A stretch of DNA of 64,000 bases from contig JAFZRT010000020.1 in NCBI GenBank assembly GCA_017619735.1, positions 2,622 to 66,621 on the forward strand, given 5' to 3'. The DNA is from Clostridia bacterium (lineage in GTDB: Bacteria; Bacillota; Clostridia; Christensenellales; CAG-138). The position numbers and the translations under genes are program-made. The notes beneath the pieces were generated by a model. It worked only from the letters and a program-made list of their open reading frames with translations. It did no database searches and was not told the DNA's origin. This document shows, piece by piece, positions 9,232-17,314 of the stretch. How positions within the stretch are numbered: position 1 is the first letter of the stretch; every line of letters begins with the position of its first letter.

Positions 9232-10788
9232 TTACCAAGGCAAAAGGTTGTTTATATTGTAATAGATTCGCTCCAGCATCTCTCTTTGTTTGGTCTCGTT
9301 TCCATTCACTACGTGGATGCCGAGTTTCTCGATACGATCATCCATAAGGCGGATCATGTCCTTATGAAGATCGTCGTGCATCCTTTTTTCAAGAGGTGTA
9401 CGAAGCATCATTTCCAAAAGTGCCCTGTTGTTATACGGAACAGTTATCTCGTTCGTCAACATATGCTCGCCGGTCAAAGCAAGTCCGCCCCATCCGCCGA
9501 ACACTATCTCCCATACAAAGAATTCTGTCCACGGATATCCAAAGTCGTCTATTGCCTGTCTTAACCCGGTTTTCTCCAGATATTCGTTGAACTTTTTATC
9601 CGTCCTCAGGGCGTTTCCTCGGTCAAAAGCAAAGAGCTTATACATCGATGTCAGCATTCTTGGGCGAATCTTGTCGGGGAACTTCTTCTTGCCGTATCTT
9701 CTGTAGCGGCTTGCTCTGGCTACCTCAGACACCCAGGATTTCACCTCGACATCATAATCGAACTGTTCCTTCAGTACGATCCTTTTGCAGACATCGTTTG
9801 CATTTGCTTTTCCGAGATAAGAGTAGTGCCTATTGATCAAAGCCGAAACTTCTTCGTACTCCTCATAAGCGGACGGGTCCGGGTCGACCGTAAATATCCT
9901 GTGCTCAAGTCCCAGCGCCTCGCAGATCTGTTTGGCAGCAAGCGCGTCGTTTTCTTCCCGGGGAAGAGAAACATAGCTGAAATATGAGAACCGTTCCTGA
10001 ACGCCTTTCGCGCATGCGAGCGTCGTTTTGCTGTCGGTACCGCCCGTCAGCGAGATCGCGGGACTCTTCCATTTTTCTGCGGCAATCCGCAGATTATTGT
10101 TCATTATCGTACAGATATTCTTGACCTGTTCTTCATAGGATTCATCCCCGACTTCCGAATACTTTTTCCGCGGATAAAACCTGTTGACGCTCGCCTTTTT
10201 CCTTATCACTGTCTCGGTATTGGGGACAATGCGTTTGACCTCCTGGTAAGGGGTAAGATCTCCCGGAAGGTACCAGCCATACCAATGGAACAGCTTTGAT
10301 CTCTTCAGCTTCGTTATGTATGGATCCTCTGTTAAGCCATAGATTTCTGCGATCATCTGGCTGTATGCGCTGAAGCATTTGTTTCCGTTAATGACCGCAT
10401 AGTTTGCTCCAAGCATTCCCGCGCAGTCGCAGGTAGCGGATATAGTGTCCTTATCTATCACCGCAAAGAAAAACACGCCTGTCAGCTGGTCGAAATAGTC
10501 TCTGTATCTCTCCGAACCGTACGCAAAATCGGAAAGGTGTTTCAGAATATCGTTTTCATCCCGTTCCATCGAAAACGGATTATACGCATGCCCTACAAGA
10601 AGGAAAGTGCGATCCGATTTTTCGCAAATATAGAACTTCTGTTCGTTATGAACGAACAGAGTGTACCCATTAACAAACTTGCTCTTCCACTCATTGAGGA
10701 AAGCGAGACGTTCCGTGGCTTGTCCCGGATCATCCGTAAGCAAGTATCCGAACGTGTATAAACTTTTGCTCCAATCCGTCATGCTCAT
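9232..10788 (-). CDS. Asparagine-synthase-like (PP-loop) amidoligase lacking the N-terminal catalytic Cys
   Basis: GVFFFAVIDKDTISATCDCAGMLGANYAV resembles the AsnB N-domain pattern. SLTGGTDSKTTLA is an SGGxDS-type PP-loop. The N-terminus is MSMTDW..., with no Cys2. A 4-nt overlap links it to the upstream ATP-grasp gene. Confidence 0.55.
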   Translation of the reverse strand: MSMTDWSKSLYTFGYLLTDDPGQATERLAFLNEWKSKFVNGYTLFVHNEQKFYICEKSDRTFLLVGHAYNPFSMERDENDILKHLSDFAYGSERYRDYFDQLTGVFFFAVIDKDTISATCDCAGMLGANYAVINGNKCFSAYSQMIAEIYGLTEDPYITKLKRSKLFHWYGWYLPGDLTPYQEVKRIVPNTETVIRKKASVNRFYPRKKYSEVGDESYEEQVKNICTIMNNNLRIAAEKWKSPAISLTGGTDSKTTLACAKGVQERFSYFSYVSLPREENDALAAKQICEALGLEHRIFTVDPDPSAYEEYEEVSALINRHYSYLGKANANDVCKRIVLKEQFDYDVEVKSWVSEVARASRYRRYGKKKFPDKIRPRMLTSMYKLFAFDRGNALRTDKKFNEYLEKTGLRQAIDDFGYPWTEFFVWEIVFGGWGGLALTGEHMLTNEITVPYNNRALLEMMLRTPLEKRMHDDLHKDMIRLMDDRIEKLGIHVVNGNETKQREMLERIYYNINNLLPW

Positions 10789-11759
10789 CCCTCCAGCAAG
10801 TCGGTAAATAGTGTTCGGTGCCCTCGGTTAAACAAAGTTTGTTCCGGATAGAATTCTGCGTCCCAGTTGCCTTCTATCATGATTGGTCCTTCGTTCGTTA
10901 ATGCAACATCCCACGATGTATATCTGAGCTCCGGTGTAACCATGGAAGCACGTCTAGCTAGATCACATATAGCTTCCCATTGAGGAATTACAATGCCTGT
11001 GATCGGCTTGTCGGTCTCAGGATGAATCGAGTACCGCATAAAGTGTTTATCCATGGCAAGCGTTTCGATACGACCAGTCTTTACGTTAATGCCTGCCGCA
11101 ATCCCTCCTGAATGGATGTTGTCAACAATGGTATTGTTTCCAAACCGGATAATTGCGGTAACTATTATGGGAGTACTCGGCGTCTGCAGTACGGTAACCT
11201 TAATAGTATTCAAAGAGTTGGGATAAATCTCTCTTAACAGGTCATGATTAATTATTACGGGCTCCACGACTTCGTTTTCACCCAAATAGCCCCATACTCG
11301 CGCTGCATCTTCCTCACATAAAACCCTTTCTTTTCTTGCGCCTTCGCCGCCCCAGCCAACTGCTCTCTTGATAAACAGATCTGGATGTCGGGACGTAAAC
11401 TCAAGGAATGCTTCGAATCCATCGCTCTTTGTACATTGTTCCCTCTTCATGAAATCGGCGTAGTATTTTGCGGCAAGTGATTTGTCGCCGATCCTGCACC
11501 GCAGTTCCTGCGGGTTGTAGCGATCAAAAAAGCGAAACATGTACCGTCTTGTCATATAAGTACGCTTTTCGCTGTGCTTCTTTGCATAGAAACGATAGCC
11601 GGCATATTCCGAGAAGCTCGTCCCGTAGATCAGATAACTGATCACTGCTCCGACAGAAAACGCTGTGGAGCTGATATGCTTTTCTTTGATCAATTCATCT
11701 CCCGCGCTTACTAGATCGTTATAATAGCCTTTCAGTTTTTTGATGTCGGAAAGCTGCAC
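10785..11759 (-). CDS. TupA-like (sugar-transfer-associated) ATP-grasp ligase
   Basis: FIKRAVGWGGEGARK ... NIHSGGIAAGINVKTGRI ... TSWDVALTNEGPIMIEGNWDAEF. This layout is typical of the ATPgrasp_TupA family. A paralog lies at 42523-43581. Confidence 0.65.
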   Translation of the reverse strand: MQLSDIKKLKGYYNDLVSAGDELIKEKHISSTAFSVGAVISYLIYGTSFSEYAGYRFYAKKHSEKRTYMTRRYMFRFFDRYNPQELRCRIGDKSLAAKYYADFMKREQCTKSDGFEAFLEFTSRHPDLFIKRAVGWGGEGARKERVLCEEDAARVWGYLGENEVVEPVIINHDLLREIYPNSLNTIKVTVLQTPSTPIIVTAIIRFGNNTIVDNIHSGGIAAGINVKTGRIETLAMDKHFMRYSIHPETDKPITGIVIPQWEAICDLARRASMVTPELRYTSWDVALTNEGPIMIEGNWDAEFYPEQTLFNRGHRTLFTDLLEG

Positions 11760-11760
11760 G

Positions 11761-12672
11761 TCATTTTTCTCCTGAGATTATAGTTAGGTTTTCGAGTATC
11801 ACTCCTGCCAGTCGCTCCCCGTTCCCGTCGCCGACGAAGCTGTTGTGAGGGGTGGCGATGAGGTTCGGCGCGTCCCAGAGGGGGCTGTTCTCCGGGAGGG
11901 GTTCGGTCTCGAACACGTCGAGGACCGCTCCTGCTGCGCTGCCATCGTACAGCATATCGCAGAGGGCGTTCTCGTCGAGCACTCTGCCGCGCGAGATGTT
12001 TACGACGACCGCGCCGCGGGGAAGCAGCGCGAGGCGGCGCGCGTCGATGAGGCGGACTGTCTCTTCCGTCAGCGGGACGGTCAGCACCAGCACATCCGTC
12101 CGGGGCAGCGTCAAGTCCAGCTTATCGAGGGGCAGCATGGCGTCGTACGCGGCGTCCTCCCGCGGGAAGACGTCTATGCCCGTTACCCGGCAGCCGAACG
12201 CTTTGAAGCGTTTGGCGCATTCGGTGCCCACGCTCCCGCAGCCGACTATCGTCGTTCTTTTGCCGAAAAGCTCCATAAGGCCGCGGTGTTTTTCCCATCT
12301 GTGCGCCTGCTGGCCTTCCCGGAAGAACCGCGCCTGCTTGTAGAGCTGAAGCACGCCCGACACGGCGAACTCCGCCATGGGGACGCTGTAAACGCCGCGC
12401 GCATTTCGGATCTCGATCCCGTGCGAGCGGACATATCCCTTATCCACGCGGTCGAAGCCCGCGCTTGTGAGCTGTATGAAGCGGAGATTCCCGAACTCCG
12501 CGATGGGATGGTAAAGGAACAGGCCGTTGCAGACGACGCCCTCGACCCACCCGGGATCGCAGGGGAGCTCGTCCCTTTCCTGCTGCAAGAACGCTATGCT
12601 GTTGCCGAGCGCTTCAAGCTCCGCGAAATGGGCTTTCGCGCCTGCCCATGCGCCGGTTATCAGCAGATTCAT
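11761..12672 (-). CDS. NAD-dependent D-isomer-specific 2-hydroxyacid dehydrogenase
   Basis: TIVGCGSVGTECAKRF (GxGxxG), RGRVLDENAL and the TPHNSF catalytic His region. Confidence 0.85.
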   Translation of the reverse strand: MNLLITGAWAGAKAHFAELEALGNSIAFLQQERDELPCDPGWVEGVVCNGLFLYHPIAEFGNLRFIQLTSAGFDRVDKGYVRSHGIEIRNARGVYSVPMAEFAVSGVLQLYKQARFFREGQQAHRWEKHRGLMELFGKRTTIVGCGSVGTECAKRFKAFGCRVTGIDVFPREDAAYDAMLPLDKLDLTLPRTDVLVLTVPLTEETVRLIDARRLALLPRGAVVVNISRGRVLDENALCDMLYDGSAAGAVLDVFETEPLPENSPLWDAPNLIATPHNSFVGDGNGERLAGVILENLTIISGEK

Positions 12673-12710
12673 GTCGCCTTTTCCTTTCCAGCCGCGGCCG
12701 AAACCCGTTT

Positions 12711-13547
12711 TCAGGCGTCGGTCCTGCGGCAGATCTCGTCCACGAGCCGTATGAGCTGCTTCTCGTTATCGTAGAAGAAGCTGCTGTGCTTTTCACATTC
12801 CTTCTCAAGGTCGCGGATCTCCCGCACGCCGCGAATGAACGTCGCGTTGATTATGCCTATATGATGCTGTTTCGTGACGTCGCAGAAGCTCCTTGACAGT
12901 ATCACGAAGCTCGACCCGAGACGGTAATGCTCCTTTATTATGAATTCGGAGGGCAGCATGCCGTTGCCGAGCGATGCGATGCCGCCGAAGCCGAACGGAA
13001 TGCCCTTCTTGCGGAACTTGAAGCAGAGCTGTTCCACGGTGCCGTCGGCCAGTATCTCGAACATGAACCTGCGGCCGTAGCCGAGGCTCAGGTCGTTGAG
13101 GCCGATATGGATCTCGTCAACGCCGGGTATCTCGAGTATCTCGTCGATGATCTCGACCGCTTCGGGCGTTTCGAGGAGGAGCATGGTCCTTGCTCTGCCG
13201 CCGACGAGCTTTATGAAGGTCCTGACCTCCTCCGCCGTTTTGAAATACGGGAGCATTATTATATCCGCGCCCGCTTCGACAACGGCGTTTATCTCGTCCT
13301 CGGAGGAGAAATAGTCGGGCAGCGCGTCGTGTATCGGGTTGACCCTCACGAGCACGTCTGCCTTTTCGACGCTCTGCTTGATCCTTGCCGCATCCTGCAC
13401 GGTATGATGGGATTTCACGGTATCCAGACCGTTCTGCCGGGCATCCTTGCCTATGAACTCCATGTCGACGAATATCCGATCCACTCCCGCTGATTCCGCT
13501 ATCTGCGCGATCTCGGGCATATTGGTGATGTACATGAGCTTTAGCAT
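12711..13547 (-). CDS. HpcH/HpaI aldolase / citrate-lyase-beta family protein
   Basis: TIM-barrel-like pattern: GVDRIFVDMEF ... VRVNP ... GADIIMLPYFKTAEEV ... LLLETPEAV ... VDEIHIGLNDLS. Confidence 0.6.
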   Translation of the reverse strand: MLKLMYITNMPEIAQIAESAGVDRIFVDMEFIGKDARQNGLDTVKSHHTVQDAARIKQSVEKADVLVRVNPIHDALPDYFSSEDEINAVVEAGADIIMLPYFKTAEEVRTFIKLVGGRARTMLLLETPEAVEIIDEILEIPGVDEIHIGLNDLSLGYGRRFMFEILADGTVEQLCFKFRKKGIPFGFGGIASLGNGMLPSEFIIKEHYRLGSSFVILSRSFCDVTKQHHIGIINATFIRGVREIRDLEKECEKHSSFFYDNEKQLIRLVDEICRRTDA

Positions 13548-13593
13548 ATACGTCTCCCCCCGGCGGAGATCGGTCCTCCGCCCTTTTGTTTTA

Positions 13594-14241
13594 TTAAACC
13601 GTGGCTCCCTTGTTTTCGTTGTCGGCGTTGGTGAACACCTTGCCGACGGTGACGAAGAGTATCCTTACGTCCAGAGGCAGGGACACGTGGTCCACGTACC
13701 AGACGTTCAGTTCTATGCGCTTATGCCACTCCACGTCCTTGCGGCCGTGCACCTGCGCCCAGCCGGTGATGCCGGGGCGCACTTCGAACATGCGCAGCTG
13801 CTCCGGGGTGTAATCCTCCACCGGCCAGGGGTGGTATGTGAGCGGCGGGCGGGGCCCTATGAGGGACATGTCGCCCTTCAGTATGTTGACGAGCTGCGGC
13901 AGTTCGTCTATCGACGTCTTCCTTAGCAGATTGCCTATCTTCGTCATGCGCGGATCCTTGTTGTCGCTGTACACGCCGGAGCCGGTGTGCTCGCTGTTCA
14001 CGCGCATGGTGCGGAACTTGTAGATGGTGAACTCCTTTGCTCCCAAGCCGAGCCGCTTCTGCTTGAATATCGCGGGGCCTTCGGAGGTGAGCTTGACCGC
14101 TGCCGCGGATACCAGCATTATCGGGGACAGTACCACGAGCGCGACCGCCGATATCACGACGTCGAAGGCGCGCTTCACGACCCGGTTATAGAAGCCGCGC
14201 GAGGCCTTTTTCCCTTCCAAGCGTTTTTCGTCCCTGTCCAT
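13594..14241 (-). CDS. Undecaprenyl-phosphate sugar phosphotransferase (priming bacterial sugar transferase, small PGT type)
   Basis: KRAFDVVISAVALVVLSPIML ... IYKFRTM ... DELPQLVNILKGDMSLIGPRPP ... RPGITGWAQV. Confidence 0.9.
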   Translation of the reverse strand: MDRDEKRLEGKKASRGFYNRVVKRAFDVVISAVALVVLSPIMLVSAAAVKLTSEGPAIFKQKRLGLGAKEFTIYKFRTMRVNSEHTGSGVYSDNKDPRMTKIGNLLRKTSIDELPQLVNILKGDMSLIGPRPPLTYHPWPVEDYTPEQLRMFEVRPGITGWAQVHGRKDVEWHKRIELNVWYVDHVSLPLDVRILFVTVGKVFTNADNENKGATV

Positions 14242-14278
14242 TCCTTGATCCCCCCGAAGACTGTTTTTTCAGTCGATA

Positions 14279-15766
14279 TCAGTCTTTTTTCTTGCTGTCC
14301 TTGCTGCCGTAGCTGCCGTAATGGCTGTAACCGTAGCGGCTGTACCCGTAACGGCTGTAACCGTAGCGGCCGTAGCCGTACTTGCCGTAGCTGCCGTAAT
14401 AGCCGTACCTGCCGGAATGTGTGCTTCCTCCGTTCAGTATGCAGCCGGCGATGTTCGCGCCGCCCGAGGTGAGCTCCTCGATGCCGTCGAATATGTAGCG
14501 GCGGCGGGCGTAATCGCACATTATGACGTACGCGACGGCGTCGACGTGCTTGACGAGTATCATGGCGTCGACGAGCACCGCGGAGGGAGGCGTGTCGAGT
14601 ATGACGACGTCCGCACGTTCCTTGAGCTGTTCGATGAGACGGCTCATCTCCTCGCTGCCGAGTATCTCGACCAGGCGGGACGGCGTATCGGCGCCGGGCA
14701 TGAGGAAGAGGCCGGTGGATTCGTCGTTGTGCTTGACCTCGCAGAGCGCTTCGTCGATCGTCGCTTCGCCCTTCAGCACGGCGACGAGGCCGGGATAGCT
14801 TTCTTCGATGTGGAATATCTTGCCGGATGAGGGGTTCCTGAGGTCGCAGTCGACGAGAATGACCTTCTTGCCCTTCAGCGCCATGGATATCGCGAGGTTC
14901 GCGGAAACGGTGGATTTGCCCTCGCCCGCGACGGAGCTCGTTACCATGAGCACCTTACCGCCCGCCATGCGGCGTTCGAGCCTCGTCCTTATGAGGCGCA
15001 TGGACTCAACGTAGTCGCCCTTGTCGTTGTCGGTGAGTATGTTGATCTCCATCCTTGTATTCTTGCTGCGCTTTTTCCTGCTGCAGACGGGCAGTGTGCC
15101 GAGGCAGGGAACGTTGACGAGATCCCTGAGCTCCGACTCGCTGCGGACCGTCCTCGACAGCGCGGCCCTTACTACGACTATCGCAAGGCCTATCGCAAGT
15201 CCGATGAGCGCGGCGTTCCTTACAGAGCCCCTTATGACCGCCGTGCGGCCGGTATCCTGGGGAATGCCGCTCTCGTCGATGACGGTGAGCTCCGCCTGAC
15301 CGACGACGTACTGCGCTACCTCGGGGTAGTTCTTGAGCACCGACTGGAGGATGTTATAGGCAGTCTCGGCCTTGGAGGCGGTGGCGCTTATCGTAAGAAG
15401 GTTGGTTCCCTTGATGTTCTTCGCCGAAATGGTGCCCGGCACGCTCCTGGTGCCGAGGTCGGAGGCGATGACGTCGGAGAGGGCGCCGCTCGTCAGTATG
15501 TAAGGGAATATGAGGCCCATCTGCTCGGCCGTGTTGCGGTTGGCGTAGGTGCCGCCGTTTACCAACTCGACCGATACCGTGGCGTCTGCGACGTACCTCG
15601 GAGTATATGTCGTCGTCACCCGGTAGTAGGCGAACGCTACCGCAGCCGCGGTTATAAGCGCGACCAGGGGCCACATCCTTTTGAGGCTGTGGAGAAAATC
15701 CCTCAGGAACGCAAACAGGTCGACGCCCTTTACTTCCTGATTCTCAGTGGATACTTTTTCGCTCAT
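14279..15766 (-). CDS. Fused Wzz-type chain-length determinant / BY-tyrosine kinase (CpsC-CpsD fusion), copy B
   Basis: N-terminal Wzz-like domain with TM helices. Walker A VTSSVAGEGKSTVSANLA, Walker A' ILVDCDLRNP, Walker B VVILDTPP. The C-terminal tail carries 14 Tyr. Confidence 0.85.
   Translation of the reverse strand: MSEKVSTENQEVKGVDLFAFLRDFLHSLKRMWPLVALITAAAVAFAYYRVTTTYTPRYVADATVSVELVNGGTYANRNTAEQMGLIFPYILTSGALSDVIASDLGTRSVPGTISAKNIKGTNLLTISATASKAETAYNILQSVLKNYPEVAQYVVGQAELTVIDESGIPQDTGRTAVIRGSVRNAALIGLAIGLAIVVVRAALSRTVRSESELRDLVNVPCLGTLPVCSRKKRSKNTRMEINILTDNDKGDYVESMRLIRTRLERRMAGGKVLMVTSSVAGEGKSTVSANLAISMALKGKKVILVDCDLRNPSSGKIFHIEESYPGLVAVLKGEATIDEALCEVKHNDESTGLFLMPGADTPSRLVEILGSEEMSRLIEQLKERADVVILDTPPSAVLVDAMILVKHVDAVAYVIMCDYARRRYIFDGIEELTSGGANIAGCILNGGSTHSGRYGYYGSYGKYGYGRYGYSRYGYSRYGYSHYGSYGSKDSKKKD
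14303..14413 (-). repeat. Coding tandem repeat (15-nt and 9-nt periodicity) for the Tyr-rich tail of kinase B
   Basis: The plus strand reads gctgtaaccgtagcggctgtacccgtaacggctgtaaccgtagcggccgtagccgta... It encodes RYGYYGSYGKYGYGRYGYSRYGYSRYGYSHYGSYGS. Confidence 0.9.
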
Positions 15767-15778
15767 ATCCGTCCCCCA

Positions 15779-17314
15779 TCACTTGGCGCTGTCCTTTTTG
15801 GACTGTTCGCCGTAATGTCCGTAGTAGCCGTAGTTGCCGTAGTGTCCGTAATTGCCGTACTTGCCGTATTTGCCGTAGCGGCCGTACCTGCCGTAGTTGC
15901 CGTAATGACCGTACCTGCCGTATCCGCCGTAGCCGACGACCGTCCTCCTCTCGCCCGGGAGCGCGCGCACCTGGTTCAGTACGCAGCCCTCGAACTCGGC
16001 GCTGCAGTTGCGCAGCGAGTCAATGGCGTCGTTGATATCGGGGGCCAGTATGGTATCGTACTTGACGACCAGTATCGAGAGGTCGGAAAGATCGGCCATG
16101 ACCTCCGCGTCGGCCATGAGCGACATGGGCGGCGAGTCGATGATCACGTATTCGTACTTCGATTTCGCCTCGTCGATGAGGTGGCTCATCGCCGCGGAGG
16201 ATACTATATCGGTGGAGTTGGAATAGTTCCTGTCGTTGAGGAGAAGGTGTATGTCGCGCTTCTCGTCGAAGTATATGGCCTCGTCGAGCGTCAGACCGCC
16301 CGTGAGGAACTCGGGCATGCGGGCGTTCTCCTCCTCGCCCTTTTCGAGGAACAGGCTGTTAAGGGTCGGGCGGCGGAGGTCGCCGTCGATCAGCAGCACG
16401 CTGTGCGCCTGCTGTGCGAGCGACAGAGCGAGGTTTGCGGAGACAGTCGATTTGCCCTCGTGCTCCTGCACGCTGGTAACGAGTATCACCTTCGCCCCGC
16501 GGTGCTTCGCCTGCGCGGCTACGAGCGCCGCGACCTTCTTGTTCCTTTCGACGAATTCGAACTTCGCGTCCAGCTCGGTGATGAGGAGCTTCTTCTTTTT
16601 CCTGCTGAACAGGCTCTTCAGGGACTTGCTGCCGTTGTAGTAGAACATGCCGAGGGTATGCGCGTCGAGCTTCTCCTCCATGTCCTTTTCGCTCTTTATG
16701 GTGTCCTTCCTGTAGGAGAGGAACGCGAACACCGCCGCGAAGGCGAGGCCCGCTATCACCGCGGCCTTTACCGTCTGTCTGCGGGAGGATACCGCAATAT
16801 CCGACTTGGTCGGGACCGTCGGCTCCTGCAGGACCTCCATGACCATGTCGGTCGAGACGTACCCCGCGAGGTCGGCGACGTTTTTCATGACCGAGCGTAT
16901 TATCTTATACGTGTTCTCCGGGGTGTCGGAGGTCACGCGGAGCGTCATGAGGTTGGTGTCGCTTATGACCTTCGCGCTCATGGTCGCGTTGAAGCTGTCG
17001 ACGTTAAGATCGCGGCAGACCTTCTTTTTGAGCAGATTGCTGTTGAGTATGTTGGAGTAGCTCGTGGCCATCGTGGACGCCGCGGACAGATTGCTGTACG
17101 CGTAGTTGCCGGACGTCCTCGACGTGACGACGAACATCGCTTTGGTCGAATACGTGCTCTGTATCTTCGACCGCACCGACATATTGACTATGAGGCCCAC
17201 GGCGATCGCGCCGAGCGCGATGACCCACGCGTTCCTTAACAGGTCCCTGATTATGCTGTACAGATCGAGCTTTTCGAGGAGCGTTGAGGTTTCCTGTTTC
17301 GTTTCCATACTCAA
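15779..17314 (-). CDS. Fused Wzz-type chain-length determinant / BY-tyrosine kinase, copy A
   Basis: Wzz-like N-domain with TM helices. Walker A VTSVQEHEGKSTVSANLA, A' LLIDGDLRRP, B YVIIDSPP. The C-terminal tail carries 15 Tyr. Confidence 0.85.
   Translation of the reverse strand: MSMETKQETSTLLEKLDLYSIIRDLLRNAWVIALGAIAVGLIVNMSVRSKIQSTYSTKAMFVVTSRTSGNYAYSNLSAASTMATSYSNILNSNLLKKKVCRDLNVDSFNATMSAKVISDTNLMTLRVTSDTPENTYKIIRSVMKNVADLAGYVSTDMVMEVLQEPTVPTKSDIAVSSRRQTVKAAVIAGLAFAAVFAFLSYRKDTIKSEKDMEEKLDAHTLGMFYYNGSKSLKSLFSRKKKKLLITELDAKFEFVERNKKVAALVAAQAKHRGAKVILVTSVQEHEGKSTVSANLALSLAQQAHSVLLIDGDLRRPTLNSLFLEKGEEENARMPEFLTGGLTLDEAIYFDEKRDIHLLLNDRNYSNSTDIVSSAAMSHLIDEAKSKYEYVIIDSPPMSLMADAEVMADLSDLSILVVKYDTILAPDINDAIDSLRNCSAEFEGCVLNQVRALPGERRTVVGYGGYGRYGHYGNYGRYGRYGKYGKYGNYGHYGNYGYYGHYGEQSKKDSAK
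15809..15934 (-). repeat. Coding 9-nt tandem repeat for the (Y-G-x)n tail of kinase A
   Basis: The plus strand reads gccgtaNNN repeated about 14 times (gccgtaatgtccgtagtagccgtagttgccgtagtgtccgtaattgccgtacttgccgtatttgccgtagcg...). It encodes GYGGYGRYGHYGNYGRYGRYGKYGKYGNYGHYGNYGYYGHYG. Confidence 0.9.

Noticed and set aside
9232-10788. Whether the AsnB-like protein could be the lasso cyclase partner of the kinase/PqqD/nucleotidyltransferase cassette, which would make a split lasso-peptide cluster.
   Set aside because: It is ~16 kb away on the opposite strand. It is translationally coupled to glycan-modification genes inside the EPS operon. No transglutaminase-like B2 protease or short precursor lies near it. 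An amidoligase role in glycan decoration is the simpler reading.
14303-15934. Short tandem DNA repeats (9-nt and 15-nt periods), which at first glance look like a non-coding satellite or a degenerate CRISPR-like array.
   Set aside because: They lie in frame at the 3' ends of the two BY-kinase genes and encode the Tyr-Gly-x tails. There are no spacers and no cas genes. I reported them as coding repeats instead.
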